From NCBI GenBank assembly GCA_963782055.1, contig CAWAIF010000003.1, positions 4,224,001-4,288,000 of the forward strand: a stretch of 64,000 nt of DNA, given 5' to 3'. The position numbers were made by a program, and so were the translations under genes. The DNA comes from an uncultured delta proteobacterium. Lineage in GTDB: Bacteria > Myxococcota_A > Polyangia > Polyangiales > Polyangiaceae. Below are positions 25,268 to 35,064 of the stretch, one piece after another. Under the pieces are notes generated by a model. It had not been told where the DNA came from. It ran no database searches and saw nothing but the letters and a program-made list of their open reading frames with translations. Within the stretch, counting starts at the first letter, position 1, and every line of letters begins with the position of its first letter.

Positions 25268-26248
25268 TCAGCGCCGGCGGGCGACGAGCTGGCGGTGCAT
25301 CGCCGCGGTGACGAAGGTCATGCCGTCGGCGATGCGGAACAGGGCGAGGAGCACCTCCAGCGACATCCGGACGAGGGCCGCGAAGATGGCCGACGCGAGG
25401 ATGACGACCGGCACCATCGCCAGCGCGGTGGCGACGGCGGCGCCGTCCCCGGTGGCGACCGTCGCGACCACGTGCACGACCGAGGCGAGCACCGCCACCG
25501 AGAGCAGGCCGAGCATCAGCACGTAGGTGAGCTTCACCAGCTTGGTCGCCATCACCCGCTCGAAGCCCAGGTCGAGCACCGAGTGCTTCTCCAGGAAGAT
25601 GGGCTCGTCGTCTCCCGGCTCCGGCGGCAGGGAGTCGGCGAACCACTGGGCGGTCACCGACGAGTCGTCGGGACCCGCCGGCGCGGGAGGCGGCGTCCAC
25701 GCCTCCTGCGAGGCCGGCGCCGCCTCCGGCAGCGGCATCGACGAGATCTCCTCGATCGCGTCGGCCGCGACCTCCTCCGTCCCGGAGGGCATCCGGGGCG
25801 CCGGTGCGGGCGCGGCGGCCGCGGGCGTCGCCGCCTCCGGCGCGCCGGCCGACGGGGCCACGGCGGGCGGCGGCGGGCGCTCGCTTCGCTGCACCACCAC
25901 CTTGGGCAGATCGGACGAGAGGTCCGCGGGCGCCGGGGTCTCCGGCCGGGGCACCCGCGCCGCCGGCGACGCCACCGCGTTCGGCGGCGGAGGCACCGCG
26001 GACACCGCCGGCGGGCGCAGCGTCCCGGTCCTCGCCGGCGGCGCCCCGGGCGTCTGCGACAGCGTCTCCGCGTCGGCGAGCAGCCGCTCCAGCGAGACCC
26101 ACTCGCTGGCGCCCACCCGCTGCACGAGCGTGCTCGGTTTCAGCCGCCCGATCTGCACGCCCTTGCGCAGCTTGCGCAGGCTGACCGGCTTGCTCTGGGC
26201 GTTGGTGTCGGGGTCGCGCGCAATCCAAATCTCGGCTCGCTCGTCCAT
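25268..26248 (-). CDS. DUF4282-like membrane protein with Pro-rich linker
   Basis: C-terminal DLGFERVMATKLVKLTY plus two TM helices ending EVLLALFRIAD; N-terminal GYF-like segment. Confidence 0.65.
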   Translation of the reverse strand: MDERAEIWIARDPDTNAQSKPVSLRKLRKGVQIGRLKPSTLVQRVGASEWVSLERLLADAETLSQTPGAPPARTGTLRPPAVSAVPPPPNAVASPAARVPRPETPAPADLSSDLPKVVVQRSERPPPPAVAPSAGAPEAATPAAAAPAPAPRMPSGTEEVAADAIEEISSMPLPEAAPASQEAWTPPPAPAGPDDSSVTAQWFADSLPPEPGDDEPIFLEKHSVLDLGFERVMATKLVKLTYVLMLGLLSVAVLASVVHVVATVATGDGAAVATALAMVPVVILASAIFAALVRMSLEVLLALFRIADGMTFVTAAMHRQLVARRR

Positions 26249-26302
26249 GGCGGGGAATGATACGCGCGACGCGACGCCCGCGCGGCCGTTCGTCGGCGCG
26301 CG

Positions 26303-26608
26303 CTACCGCACCAGGCTCGCCACCGCCGCCAGCTCGGCGCGCGAGCGGATGCCCAGCTTGCGAAAGACGCTCTGGAGCTGGTTGGCGACGGTGCGCACCG
26401 AGCACGTCCGCGCGCGGGCGATCTCGGCGTTGCTCTTTCCTTCCAGCGCGAGGAGCGCCACCTCCCGCTCGGCGACGGTGAGCTCGCTGGCGGCGTCCTT
26501 CTCCTCCACGTCGAAGGAGAAGATGGCGACGCTCTGCCCCTCGCCGGAGTAGGCGACGTGCAGCTCCTCGGGGGCGTCCTTGGACAGGCCGCGCTTGGGG
26601 GTGCTCAC
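26303..26608 (-). CDS. Small stand-alone LuxR-type HTH protein
   Basis: LTVAEREVALLALEGKSNAEIA..SVRTVANQLQSVFRKLGIRSR. GTGA overlap with the upstream gene. Confidence 0.85.
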   Translation of the reverse strand: MSTPKRGLSKDAPEELHVAYSGEGQSVAIFSFDVEEKDAASELTVAEREVALLALEGKSNAEIARARTCSVRTVANQLQSVFRKLGIRSRAELAAVASLVR

Positions 26609-27642
26609 TCGGCGGCCCTCTTCACGCCGGCGACGCGCGCGTTCCACGCGCGGATGAGCTCCACGCGGCTGCGGGCGCCCAGCTTGAGCGCGGCGGTCGA
26701 GAGGTGCATGGCGACGGTGGACGGCGCGATGCCCAGCTCGTACGCGATGAGCTTGTTGCCGTGGCCCTGCGCGGCGTACGCGACGACCTGCGCCTCCCGC
26801 GGGGAGAGGTCGGAGGCGTGCTCGGGGAGGCCCGGCTCGTTGCGCACGGCGACGATGTAGCGCTTGCCGTCGTGGTCGAAGTGATCGAGCAGCGACCACT
26901 GCCCGGACACGAGCGCCTTCCACGCCTCCAGCGCGGCGGGCGGGTCGGTGCGGCGGGCGGAGCCGCGCGCGCGCTGCATGCCCTTCGCCGCGTTCTCCAG
27001 CGCCTCGATCATGGCGGGGGGCGGGTCCACCGCGTGCTCCAGCTTGCCGGTGACGCTGAGCACGGCGTCGGCGTCCTCCGTGGTGGGGTGCTTGCCGCGG
27101 CGCAGGCGCATCCCCGCGGCCATGTGCGCGGCCACGCGACTCCAGGCGGAGGCCTCGCCGCGGCGTACGCCGCTCACCCGGGAGAGGGGGGCGCCGACGA
27201 GGCACCCGCGGCCGTTGGGGTCGGTGGCCGCGACGCTGAGGAAGTCGACGATGCCGAGCGGCGCGAGGAAGCGCTGGTGCACCTCCAGCTCCTGCACGCG
27301 CCGGCCCATCCGCAGGCGGCCGCTCATCGTCGAGCAGGTCGCGCGGCCGCTCACCGCTGCCGTCGCCTCCTTGATGAAGTGCGCCACCAGCTCCGACGGG
27401 GCCTCCACCTCCAGCGCGCGCAGCGCCTCGATGCCGCCGGGCGGCGTGTCCCGCGCGACGGGCGAGTGGACGTGCACCCGCTCGCCGTCCAGCTCGTAGA
27501 ACATGCCGCAGGTGCCGAGACCCTGGTCCAGGCCGGCGCGCGCGGCGCGGTCGACGATGCGCGCCAGCCAGGTGCCGTCGTCTCCCTCGAGGCGGTATGC
27601 CGCTTCGATCACACCGACCAGGTCTGATCTCGCCCCTTGCAT
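26605..27642 (-). CDS. LuxR-family transcriptional regulator
   Basis: C-terminal LSPREAQVVAYAAQGHGNKLIAYELGIAPSTV; GAF-like N-terminus. Confidence 0.85.
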   Translation of the reverse strand: MQGARSDLVGVIEAAYRLEGDDGTWLARIVDRAARAGLDQGLGTCGMFYELDGERVHVHSPVARDTPPGGIEALRALEVEAPSELVAHFIKEATAAVSGRATCSTMSGRLRMGRRVQELEVHQRFLAPLGIVDFLSVAATDPNGRGCLVGAPLSRVSGVRRGEASAWSRVAAHMAAGMRLRRGKHPTTEDADAVLSVTGKLEHAVDPPPAMIEALENAAKGMQRARGSARRTDPPAALEAWKALVSGQWSLLDHFDHDGKRYIVAVRNEPGLPEHASDLSPREAQVVAYAAQGHGNKLIAYELGIAPSTVAMHLSTAALKLGARSRVELIRAWNARVAGVKRAAE

Positions 27643-27804
27643 GTCCAGTCTCGTGGCGGTTTGGCGCACGCCGGACCCAAGCCTAACACGCCTTGGCTGA
27701 GTTGGCCGGTCGCCCGCAAGGTTGTGCGGTGCGCGGGGCGGGGCAGACGCTCGAGGCACGTCGTGGCCCTTCGCCCCGCCGATCCGTGCTACGCGTGGGC
27801 GCCT

Positions 27805-29004
27805 GTGAACGGGCAGGTCCGGGAGCTCCTCGATCTCGTCATCCGATGGGTCCACCTCATCGCCGGGATCATGTGGATCGGCAACTCCCTGCTCTTCAAC
27901 TGGCTGGACCGCAACCTGGAGAAGCCGAAGGACGCCCCCCCCGGCTACGAGGGCAAGATCTGGCTGCTGCACTCCGGCGGCTTCTACGACGTGGAGAAGA
28001 AGCTGCTCCAGCCCTCGCAGCTGCCCGAGCGGCTGCACTGGTTCAAGTGGCAGAACTTCGCCACGTGGGCGAGCGGCATCTGCCTGCTCTTCGTCGTCTA
28101 CTACTCCGGCGGCGGCGCCCTGCTGGTCGACCCTTCGGTCTCCAAGATCGGCGTGCCCATCGCGATGGTGATCGGCGTGGGCGCCATCGTCGCGTCGTGG
28201 CTCTTTTACGACTTCGTGTGGATCTCCCCGCTGTCCAAGCGCCCGGCGATCGCCTCCGCGCTCTGCTTCCTCTACGTCGGCGCGCTCGCCTTCGGGCTGA
28301 CGCACGTCCTGTCCGGCCGCGCCGCGTACATCCACGTGGGGGTGGTGCTGGGCACCATCATGACCGGCAACGTCTGGTTCGTGATCATGCCCTCGCAGCG
28401 CGAGCTCGTCGCGGCGACGAAGGAGGGACGCGAGCAGGACCCGAAGATCGGCAAGCGCGCCAAGCTGCGCAGCATCCACAACAACTACATGACCTTCCCG
28501 TTGCTCTTCATCATGGTGAGCAACCACTTCCCCAGCACCTACGGCAGCAAGCTCAACTGGCTGGTGCTGGGCGTCATCGCGGTGGGCGGCGCGACGGTGC
28601 GTCACCTGCTCAACATCCGCTTCCAGTACAAGCGGTGGCTGCCCATGACGAGCGGCGTGATCGCGGTGACGGTGACGGCGCTCTACGTGCTCACCCGACC
28701 GGAGGTCCGGCCGTCGGCGCCGGTGACGGCCGAGGCGCCGAAGGTGAGCTTCCACACCGTGCGCGGCGTGATCCACCAGCGGTGCCAGCCGTGCCACAGC
28801 GCACACCCGACCGACAGCGTGTGGAAGGTGGCGCCGGCGGGGGTGATGTTCGACTCGCCCGCGCAGATCAGGCGGATGGCGCCGCGCATCAAGGAGCGCG
28901 CGGTGGTGTCGCGCACGATGCCCCTGCAGAACAAGACGGGGATCACCCAGGCGGAGCGCGACATGATCGGCGACTGGATCGACCAGGGCGCGTCGATCCA
29001 GTAG
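27805..29004 (+). CDS. puuD: Urate hydroxylase PuuD (membrane urate oxidase with cytochrome c)
   Basis: RWVHLIAGIMWIG, LHSGGFY, LHWFKW, RSIHNNYMTFP, SNHFP, C-terminal CQPCH. Confidence 0.88.
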   Translation: MNGQVRELLDLVIRWVHLIAGIMWIGNSLLFNWLDRNLEKPKDAPPGYEGKIWLLHSGGFYDVEKKLLQPSQLPERLHWFKWQNFATWASGICLLFVVYYSGGGALLVDPSVSKIGVPIAMVIGVGAIVASWLFYDFVWISPLSKRPAIASALCFLYVGALAFGLTHVLSGRAAYIHVGVVLGTIMTGNVWFVIMPSQRELVAATKEGREQDPKIGKRAKLRSIHNNYMTFPLLFIMVSNHFPSTYGSKLNWLVLGVIAVGGATVRHLLNIRFQYKRWLPMTSGVIAVTVTALYVLTRPEVRPSAPVTAEAPKVSFHTVRGVIHQRCQPCHSAHPTDSVWKVAPAGVMFDSPAQIRRMAPRIKERAVVSRTMPLQNKTGITQAERDMIGDWIDQGASIQ

Positions 29005-29010
29005 CGACGT

Positions 29011-29556
29011 TCACCGCGACGCGCTCACGTCGGCGCGGGTGTCCCCTGCGTGGCCTGCCGACGCCACGACCCAGCCCACCGCGGTCCGGCTGACGGCGAG
29101 TAGGCAGATGAACCACGCGACGCCCACCGCGCCGACGACCACACGCGTGAGCCGCTTGCGGCGGGCCAGCACCGGCGGGCTGGACTTGCGGCGGCTGTCG
29201 CGCTCGTAGTCGGAGGGGAGGCTCTCGGCGAGGGAGCGGAAGCGCGGGCGCGCGGCGACCACGGCAGGCGGAGGCGCCGGGGACGGCGGCGGCACTTGCT
29301 CCGCGACCCCGGGCTCCGCGACGGCAGGCTCCGCGACCCCGGGCTCCGCGACGGCAGGCTCCGCGACGGCAGGCTCCGCGACGACAGGCTTCGCGACGGC
29401 GGGCTTCGCGGCGGCGGGCTTCGCGACGAGAGGAGGCGGCGGCGATGTCGCGGTCGCGGCGGCGGGCTTCGCCCGGATGGCTGCGTTCGCCGCGTTCCTT
29501 GCAGGCTGCACTTTTCTTCGGGCGTCGGGGCGTGGCACGGTCGGCTTGATGGCCAT
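29011..29556 (-). CDS. Hypothetical membrane-anchored protein with EPAVA repeats
   Basis: Low-complexity N-terminal half, RRKRL followed by a TM helix; sigma-54 motif directly upstream. Confidence 0.55.
   Translation of the reverse strand: MAIKPTVPRPDARRKVQPARNAANAAIRAKPAAATATSPPPPLVAKPAAAKPAVAKPVVAEPAVAEPAVAEPGVAEPAVAEPGVAEQVPPPSPAPPPAVVAARPRFRSLAESLPSDYERDSRRKSSPPVLARRKRLTRVVVGAVGVAWFICLLAVSRTAVGWVVASAGHAGDTRADVSASR
29298..29428. repeat. 15-bp coding tandem repeat
   Basis: About 8-9 degenerate copies of GGCTCCGCGACGGCA. Confidence 0.8.
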
Positions 29557-29568
29557 GCCCTGCTCATG

Positions 29569-29584
29569 AGCAACCTGCGGGCCA
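29569..29584 (-). promoter_or_regulatory. Sigma-54 (-24/-12) promoter
   Basis: Minus strand TGGCCCG-CAGG-TTGCT, 12 nt upstream of ATG 29556. Confidence 0.72.
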
Positions 29585-29722
29585 CGCGCGATTCACGTGG
29601 GATCCGGGCGCTCGGACCACCCGCCCCCGCGACGACCGCCCGGATGATGGTCCGTGGATCCAGTGCGTCTGCGCGAACCGAGGGGGAGGATCGTGCGCCG
29701 GAAGGCGTATGATCCGTGGCGG

Positions 29723-30943
29723 ATGTATCGCAACGACCTGGAAGCCGCCCACCGGCGAATCGAGGAGCTGGAGACCCTCCTCGGGCAGCGCCGGCCGCCC
29801 CCCCCGCGCCGGCGCGGCGTGGCGGTGGTCCTCGTCTTCCTCGCCCTCGGCGTGCTCACGTCGGTCGGGATGTTCCTCGTCGTGGCGACCGGGCGCGACG
29901 AGATGGCTCCGGCGCCCGTGGCCGTCGCCGCGTCGGCCCCTGCGCCGCCGACGGCGCCCGATGTGGGCTCGCTCTCGCACGACCCCGCCGACTCCCTGCT
30001 CAGCTTCTTCACGCCCGACGTGGACGGCGACGGCGAGGAGGATGTGGTCGCCGCCTTCCGCGAGCCGGGGATCGCGTCGCCGCGGGGGCCCCTCTACGTA
30101 CGCGCGGTGAGCGGCGCCACCTTCAAGCCCATCTGGACCGCAGGACCCTTCGGGCCCCCTTCGCCCGGCAACGAGGTGGCCGTGGTCGGCGGCACGGTGG
30201 TCGTGACGGTCGCCGACCTCGTGACCGTCCTCGCCCTGAACGACGGGCGCGTCCTGCACAAACTCAAGGCGCCGGCGGTGTCGGTGTGTCCCGCGCGCGG
30301 CCAGGAGGGCATGGCGCTACTGTCCGGCCCGAGCGCCTCCGGCTCCGCCGAATACAGCCTGCTCGACCCGCAGACCGGCGTGGTCTCCGCGCGGCCGAGC
30401 GGCACGATCTGCGATTACCTGACGAACGAGTGCCAGGTCTCCGACGAGCCGTGCATCGCCAACAGCCTGAACTTCCCCGGGCTCACGGTGCATGCCAGGG
30501 TGCACGGCTGGACCACCCTCGTCGACGGCAACCGCCGCGTCAGCTACGGCTACCTCCTCACGCCCGACGCGTCGCGCGACCACATGGTGGTCGCCGGCGG
30601 TACCAAGCCCGGCGTCAAGGCCACCTGGGAGCGTCCGGCGACGCTGGAGGACGAGCCGATCGAAGAGATCCGGAACGTCACCAACGCCCAGGGCATGATG
30701 GCCGACCTGCACGGCGACCGCTTCGTGCTGGCGTACGGCGTCGACCGCGGCTTCGCAGAGGGCGTGCGCGTGGTCGCCCGCGACGCCGACACGGGCAAGC
30801 TGCGCTGGGACGCGTGGCTGCGCGGGCTGCCCGCCAACGCGGCGCTGCGCGGGACGTCCGCGCGCGTGTACGTCCTCGCCGGCACGGTCATCCACGTCCT
30901 CGACGGCAAGACGGGCGACGTTCGCGGCGTCATCGGAGACTGA
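29723..30943 (+). CDS. Membrane-anchored PQQ/FG-GAP-like beta-propeller protein
   Basis: Short coiled coil, TM helix, DVDGDGEEDVV, ARDADTGKLRW, VLDGKTG. Confidence 0.6.
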   Translation: MYRNDLEAAHRRIEELETLLGQRRPPPPRRRGVAVVLVFLALGVLTSVGMFLVVATGRDEMAPAPVAVAASAPAPPTAPDVGSLSHDPADSLLSFFTPDVDGDGEEDVVAAFREPGIASPRGPLYVRAVSGATFKPIWTAGPFGPPSPGNEVAVVGGTVVVTVADLVTVLALNDGRVLHKLKAPAVSVCPARGQEGMALLSGPSASGSAEYSLLDPQTGVVSARPSGTICDYLTNECQVSDEPCIANSLNFPGLTVHARVHGWTTLVDGNRRVSYGYLLTPDASRDHMVVAGGTKPGVKATWERPATLEDEPIEEIRNVTNAQGMMADLHGDRFVLAYGVDRGFAEGVRVVARDADTGKLRWDAWLRGLPANAALRGTSARVYVLAGTVIHVLDGKTGDVRGVIGD

Positions 30944-30996
30944 CCTCGAGGCCGGCGACGCGATCGGCCGGGGACGAACCGCGCTATCCTGCGTCC

Positions 30997-33003
30997 ATGC
31001 TTCGCGTGCGCGTGCTTCTGGTCGCCGCGGGAGCGCTGGTGCTGGCCAACGCCCCCGCCTGCTCGTCGTCGCCCGCGCCGGAGACGCCGCTCGCCGTGCC
31101 CGCAGGCTGCGAGCCGCTCGCGGTCGACCCCGGCTCGAGGGCCGCGTGCGCGCTGCCCTTCCCATCCGACTTCTTCCGCGTCTCCGACGCGTCGACCGCC
31201 ACAGGCTTCCGCGTCGTCCTCTCCGGCGCGGCGAAGCTGACGACGCCCGACGGCGTCGACGCCGACGTCACCGGCGCCTTCCCCGCCGATGGCGCGTCGC
31301 TGCAGCCGTCCATCGGCGCGCTGCTCCCCGGGCCCATCGTGTCCGACGGGCTGCCGAACGTGCTGGACGACCCGACGCGCAGTCAGGACCTCGCGGCGAG
31401 CCCGACGCTCATCCTGCGGGCGGACACCGGCGAGGCGGTGCCGCACTACGTGGACCTGGACCCCAGGCCGGACGACCCCGCTCGCATCGAGATGGCGCTG
31501 CGGCCCTTCGTGCGCCTCGCGCCGAACACGCGCTACGTGGTGGCGGTGCGCCACGTGAAGGTGGCCGGCGGCGGAGAGGCGCCGCCCGCCGAGGGATTCC
31601 GCCGCCTGCGCGATCGCGACACGGCGCTCGACCCCTCGCTGCAGGCCATCGCGCCGCGCTTCGAGACCGACGTCTTCGGCGTGCTCGCGGCGCACGGCGT
31701 CGCCCGAGACGACCTGCAGCTCGGGTGGGACTTCACGACGGGCAGCGAGGAGCAGCCGCAGGCGGACATGCTGCACGTGCGCGAGCTCACGCTGGCGTGG
31801 CTGCAGGCGCACACGCCGAAGGTGCAGATCACCGGCGTGGACGCCGACAGCCACGGCTACTGGCGGGTGGTGCACGGCACCGTGACCGGGCCGCTCTTCA
31901 TGGACGGCCCGGACCCGGGCGCGCGGCTGTTCCGCGGGCCGGACGGCAAGGTGGCGCAGAACGGGGAGGTCGACTTCCCCTTCGAGGCGGTGATCCCGGT
32001 CACCGTGCGTGACCAGTTCGGCCCTGGCCGCGCCCTCGCCCTGGGGCACGGCTTCTTCGGCGCGATGACGGAGGTGGAGGACGGCGGCGCGACGGTCTAC
32101 ATCCCGGCGCTGCACGCGGTGACCTTCGCCATCGACTGGTGGGGCATGTCCAAGGCGGACCTGGACTCGGTCATCGCGCACATCGTCCAGTCACCCGCGC
32201 ACGGCTTCGACTTCGTCGACCGCGTCCACCAGGCGATGGCCAACTGGCTGGTGATGACGGCGGCGATGAAGGGCCCGCTGGCGAGCGAGGACGCCTTCAA
32301 GCGCCCGGCGAGCGGGCCGGGCACCGGCACCGACGGCGGCGGCAACTCCAACGCGGGCGCGCTGGTCTACGACCCGGCGCACGTCTTCTACTTCGGCGCG
32401 AGCATGGGCCACATCCTGGGCGGGACGATGGCCGCGCTCAACCCCGACGTGGAGCGCGCGGCGCTGGACGTCGGGGGCGCGGCCTGGACGCAGATGATGC
32501 CCCGCGCGAGCCCCTTCTCCAGCTTCTCCTTGTTCATCAAGAGCACGCTGAACGACGAGCTCGCGGCGCAGGCGCTGCAGGTGATGGGCGCGCGGGAGCT
32601 CGACCGCATCGACCCCGCTACCTACGCGCCGTACCTCATCGGCGCCAAGCTGCCGGGCAACCCGGACCGCAAGGTGCTGCTCCAGATCGGCATCGGCGAC
32701 GCGGGGGTACCCAACGTGGCGAGCTTCTTCCACGCGCGGGCGCTCGGGCTGTCGCAGGTGGCTCCGAACCCGGGCGCGGTGTGGGGGATCCCCGACGCCG
32801 ACGCGTCCACGCTCGGCTCGGCGCTGACGGTGTGGGACTTCGGCATCGACCCCGGCGTCTACCGGGAGCCGGTGGCGCCCGACGCCAACGCGGTGCACGA
32901 GGGGGTCCGGCGGGATCCCAAGGCCATCGCGCAGATGGACGCGTTCTTGAAGCCGGATGGGGTGGTGATCGATCCGTGCCAGGGGCCGTGCAAGGCGCAG
33001 TGA
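30997..33003 (+). CDS. Secreted lipase-like alpha/beta hydrolase lipoprotein
   Basis: Signal ending PAC, LPFPSDFF, GHGFFG, YFGASMG (GxSxG), late His (AVHE). Confidence 0.7.
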   Translation: MLRVRVLLVAAGALVLANAPACSSSPAPETPLAVPAGCEPLAVDPGSRAACALPFPSDFFRVSDASTATGFRVVLSGAAKLTTPDGVDADVTGAFPADGASLQPSIGALLPGPIVSDGLPNVLDDPTRSQDLAASPTLILRADTGEAVPHYVDLDPRPDDPARIEMALRPFVRLAPNTRYVVAVRHVKVAGGGEAPPAEGFRRLRDRDTALDPSLQAIAPRFETDVFGVLAAHGVARDDLQLGWDFTTGSEEQPQADMLHVRELTLAWLQAHTPKVQITGVDADSHGYWRVVHGTVTGPLFMDGPDPGARLFRGPDGKVAQNGEVDFPFEAVIPVTVRDQFGPGRALALGHGFFGAMTEVEDGGATVYIPALHAVTFAIDWWGMSKADLDSVIAHIVQSPAHGFDFVDRVHQAMANWLVMTAAMKGPLASEDAFKRPASGPGTGTDGGGNSNAGALVYDPAHVFYFGASMGHILGGTMAALNPDVERAALDVGGAAWTQMMPRASPFSSFSLFIKSTLNDELAAQALQVMGARELDRIDPATYAPYLIGAKLPGNPDRKVLLQIGIGDAGVPNVASFFHARALGLSQVAPNPGAVWGIPDADASTLGSALTVWDFGIDPGVYREPVAPDANAVHEGVRRDPKAIAQMDAFLKPDGVVIDPCQGPCKAQ

Positions 33004-33084
33004 ACGCCGTGGTCACCGACGCCGGGGGACAGGCCCCTCGAACCACGTTGCCCGCGACCGCGGAGCTGGGGTAATGGATCTCTC

Positions 33085-33510
33085 ATGAAGAAGCCGGCGA
33101 TCGTCTCGGACATCATGACCACCAAGGTGGTCACCATCTTCGAGGAAGAGAACCTGGTGGGGATCGACAAGGGCATGTCGATGTTCAAGTTCCGTCACCT
33201 GCCGGTGATCGACGGCGACAAGCTCATCGGACTGGTCACGCACCGCGACCTGCTTGCCGCCGCGGCGAGCAGCCTGGAGCCGGGCGGCGTCCAGAAGACG
33301 ACGCACCTGAACGAGAACTCCTTCGTGCGCGACATCATGCAGCGCGACGTGGTCACCGTGCGGCCGGACACGCCGCTGGCCGACGCCGGCAGGTTGATGT
33401 GGGACCAGAAGCTGGGGTGTTTGCCGGTCGTCGGGGAGGGCAACAAGCTCCTCGGCATCGTGACCGAGGCGGACTTCCTCCGGCTCGCGCTGGCTCTCCT
33501 CGCCGGCTGA
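33085..33510 (+). CDS. CBS domain protein
   Basis: FRHLPVIDGDKLIGLVTHRDL and GCLPVV..LLGIVTEADFL. Confidence 0.9.
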   Translation: MKKPAIVSDIMTTKVVTIFEEENLVGIDKGMSMFKFRHLPVIDGDKLIGLVTHRDLLAAAASSLEPGGVQKTTHLNENSFVRDIMQRDVVTVRPDTPLADAGRLMWDQKLGCLPVVGEGNKLLGIVTEADFLRLALALLAG

Positions 33511-33666
33511 GCGCCTCTTCCACCGGCCGACGCGCCGCTCAGAGGTGGAGGCTGCGGCTGCCTCCTCCGCCGCCACCTCGACGGCCCGGCCGCCGAGCTC
33601 GCGGATGGTGGTCGCGGGTGACCGCGTTTGGGCCCGCGGCGGCGACTCTGGTACCCTCGGCCACGG

Positions 33667-34890
33667 ATGAAGTACCTCTACGGCGACTCCGCGCCATTCC
33701 CGCTGGGCTACAACTTCCTCCTCACGCTCGAGGCGTTCATGACGGCCGCCACGCGGATCGTCGAGCTGGACACGATCGCGGGGCGGGCGCTGGGGCTCGC
33801 GCAGGAGAGCGCCCTGGTGCGGCAGCGCGGCATCGACTCGCTGGAGGTGTTCCACAACGAGCTCATGCGTGCGGTGAACGAGGCGGCGGCCGACGCGCAG
33901 CACACGAGCACTGTGGAGTACGCGCAGCGGGTGGGCGAGTTCGCCGCGCGCATCGTCGACGACTACCGGCGCGCCGCGGCGCAGACGAACGAGTCGGAGC
34001 AGACGAGCGCGCAGTCGGAGGTGCTCCGCGCGCGGGGAGAGATCCGCGCGAAGCTGGACGGCCTGTTCAAGGTGGCGCGGCTGCCGGTGCAGGAGCAGGT
34101 GATGACGCTGCGGCTCGGCGAGGGGAAGGATGCGAGCTACGACGTCTCCTGCGTGCTCACCAGCACGCACGGTATCGTGAGCACCTTCCGGCTCGGCGCG
34201 CCCGACGGCACGTCGTGGACGCGCCCGCGGCGGGTGAGCGAGCTGGCGAGCGGCATGGAGCCGAAGGTGGGGGTGAAGAAGAGCTGGCTGAAGGGGACGG
34301 TCACCGCCGAGAAGATGCGCCTGGACAACTGGATCGTCGGCGACGTGACGCTGCGTGACGACTCGGCGGAGATCGCGCTGCGCAAGAAGGCGGGGGAGCC
34401 GGACACGCTCGTGCTGCGCGTGCGGCAGGATGGCAACCGCACCGTGGTGGAGGCGGACCACCCGGGCGACACCAGCGCCGAGGCGATTGGCGGGGAGCTG
34501 GACGCCGAGGACGCCGACATGGTGGAGCGGCTGGTGCTCGCGCTGCGGGTGGACGTGAAGGAGCTGCTCCCTCACAAGGAGGAGCTGCTCGCCGCCACCA
34601 TCAACGGGGCCGACGTGCTGGGCGGCGAGCAGGTGCTGGGGCTCATCGCGCGGCTGGTGGAGATGTTCACGCCGACGGTGATCGAGATCACCCGGCGTAG
34701 CCCCAGCCCGCAGGAGCTCTCACTCAAGGCGGAGTCGGACGGCGGGCGGCGGGAGGAGCTGTACCTGCGCAAGGAGGAGCTGGTGAAGAAGCTCCAGCCG
34801 CTCAGCGCCGCCGGGCGGCAGATCTTTGCGCCGCTGGGACTGGACACGTGGGTGCCGGCGACGACAATCCGGCCGCCGCCGGTCGGCTGA
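33667..34890 (+). CDS. Hypothetical protein
   Basis: Long ORF with host codon bias, starting MKYLYGDSAPFPLGYNFL. No motif recognised. Confidence 0.7.
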   Translation: MKYLYGDSAPFPLGYNFLLTLEAFMTAATRIVELDTIAGRALGLAQESALVRQRGIDSLEVFHNELMRAVNEAAADAQHTSTVEYAQRVGEFAARIVDDYRRAAAQTNESEQTSAQSEVLRARGEIRAKLDGLFKVARLPVQEQVMTLRLGEGKDASYDVSCVLTSTHGIVSTFRLGAPDGTSWTRPRRVSELASGMEPKVGVKKSWLKGTVTAEKMRLDNWIVGDVTLRDDSAEIALRKKAGEPDTLVLRVRQDGNRTVVEADHPGDTSAEAIGGELDAEDADMVERLVLALRVDVKELLPHKEELLAATINGADVLGGEQVLGLIARLVEMFTPTVIEITRRSPSPQELSLKAESDGGRREELYLRKEELVKKLQPLSAAGRQIFAPLGLDTWVPATTIRPPPVG

Positions 34891-34986
34891 CGGCGCCTGG
34901 CGGCCGGGGGCGCGGGCGGCACGAGGCGGGCGCAAACGCGTCGCGCGAGCGGCACGCGTCGGGCGACGGCGAAGCCGCGCGGGCAC

Positions 34987-35030
34987 AAAACGACGAGACC
35001 CGGGTCGGCCACGCCGCCCGGGTCCCCTCG
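34987..35030 (-). terminator. Probable intrinsic terminator
   Basis: GACCCGGG..CCCGGGTC stem between convergent genes, with a T-tract on the minus strand. Confidence 0.5.
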
Positions 35031-35064
35031 CGCCTGGCGCCCGTGAGGGCGCCGGCTGACTGCG

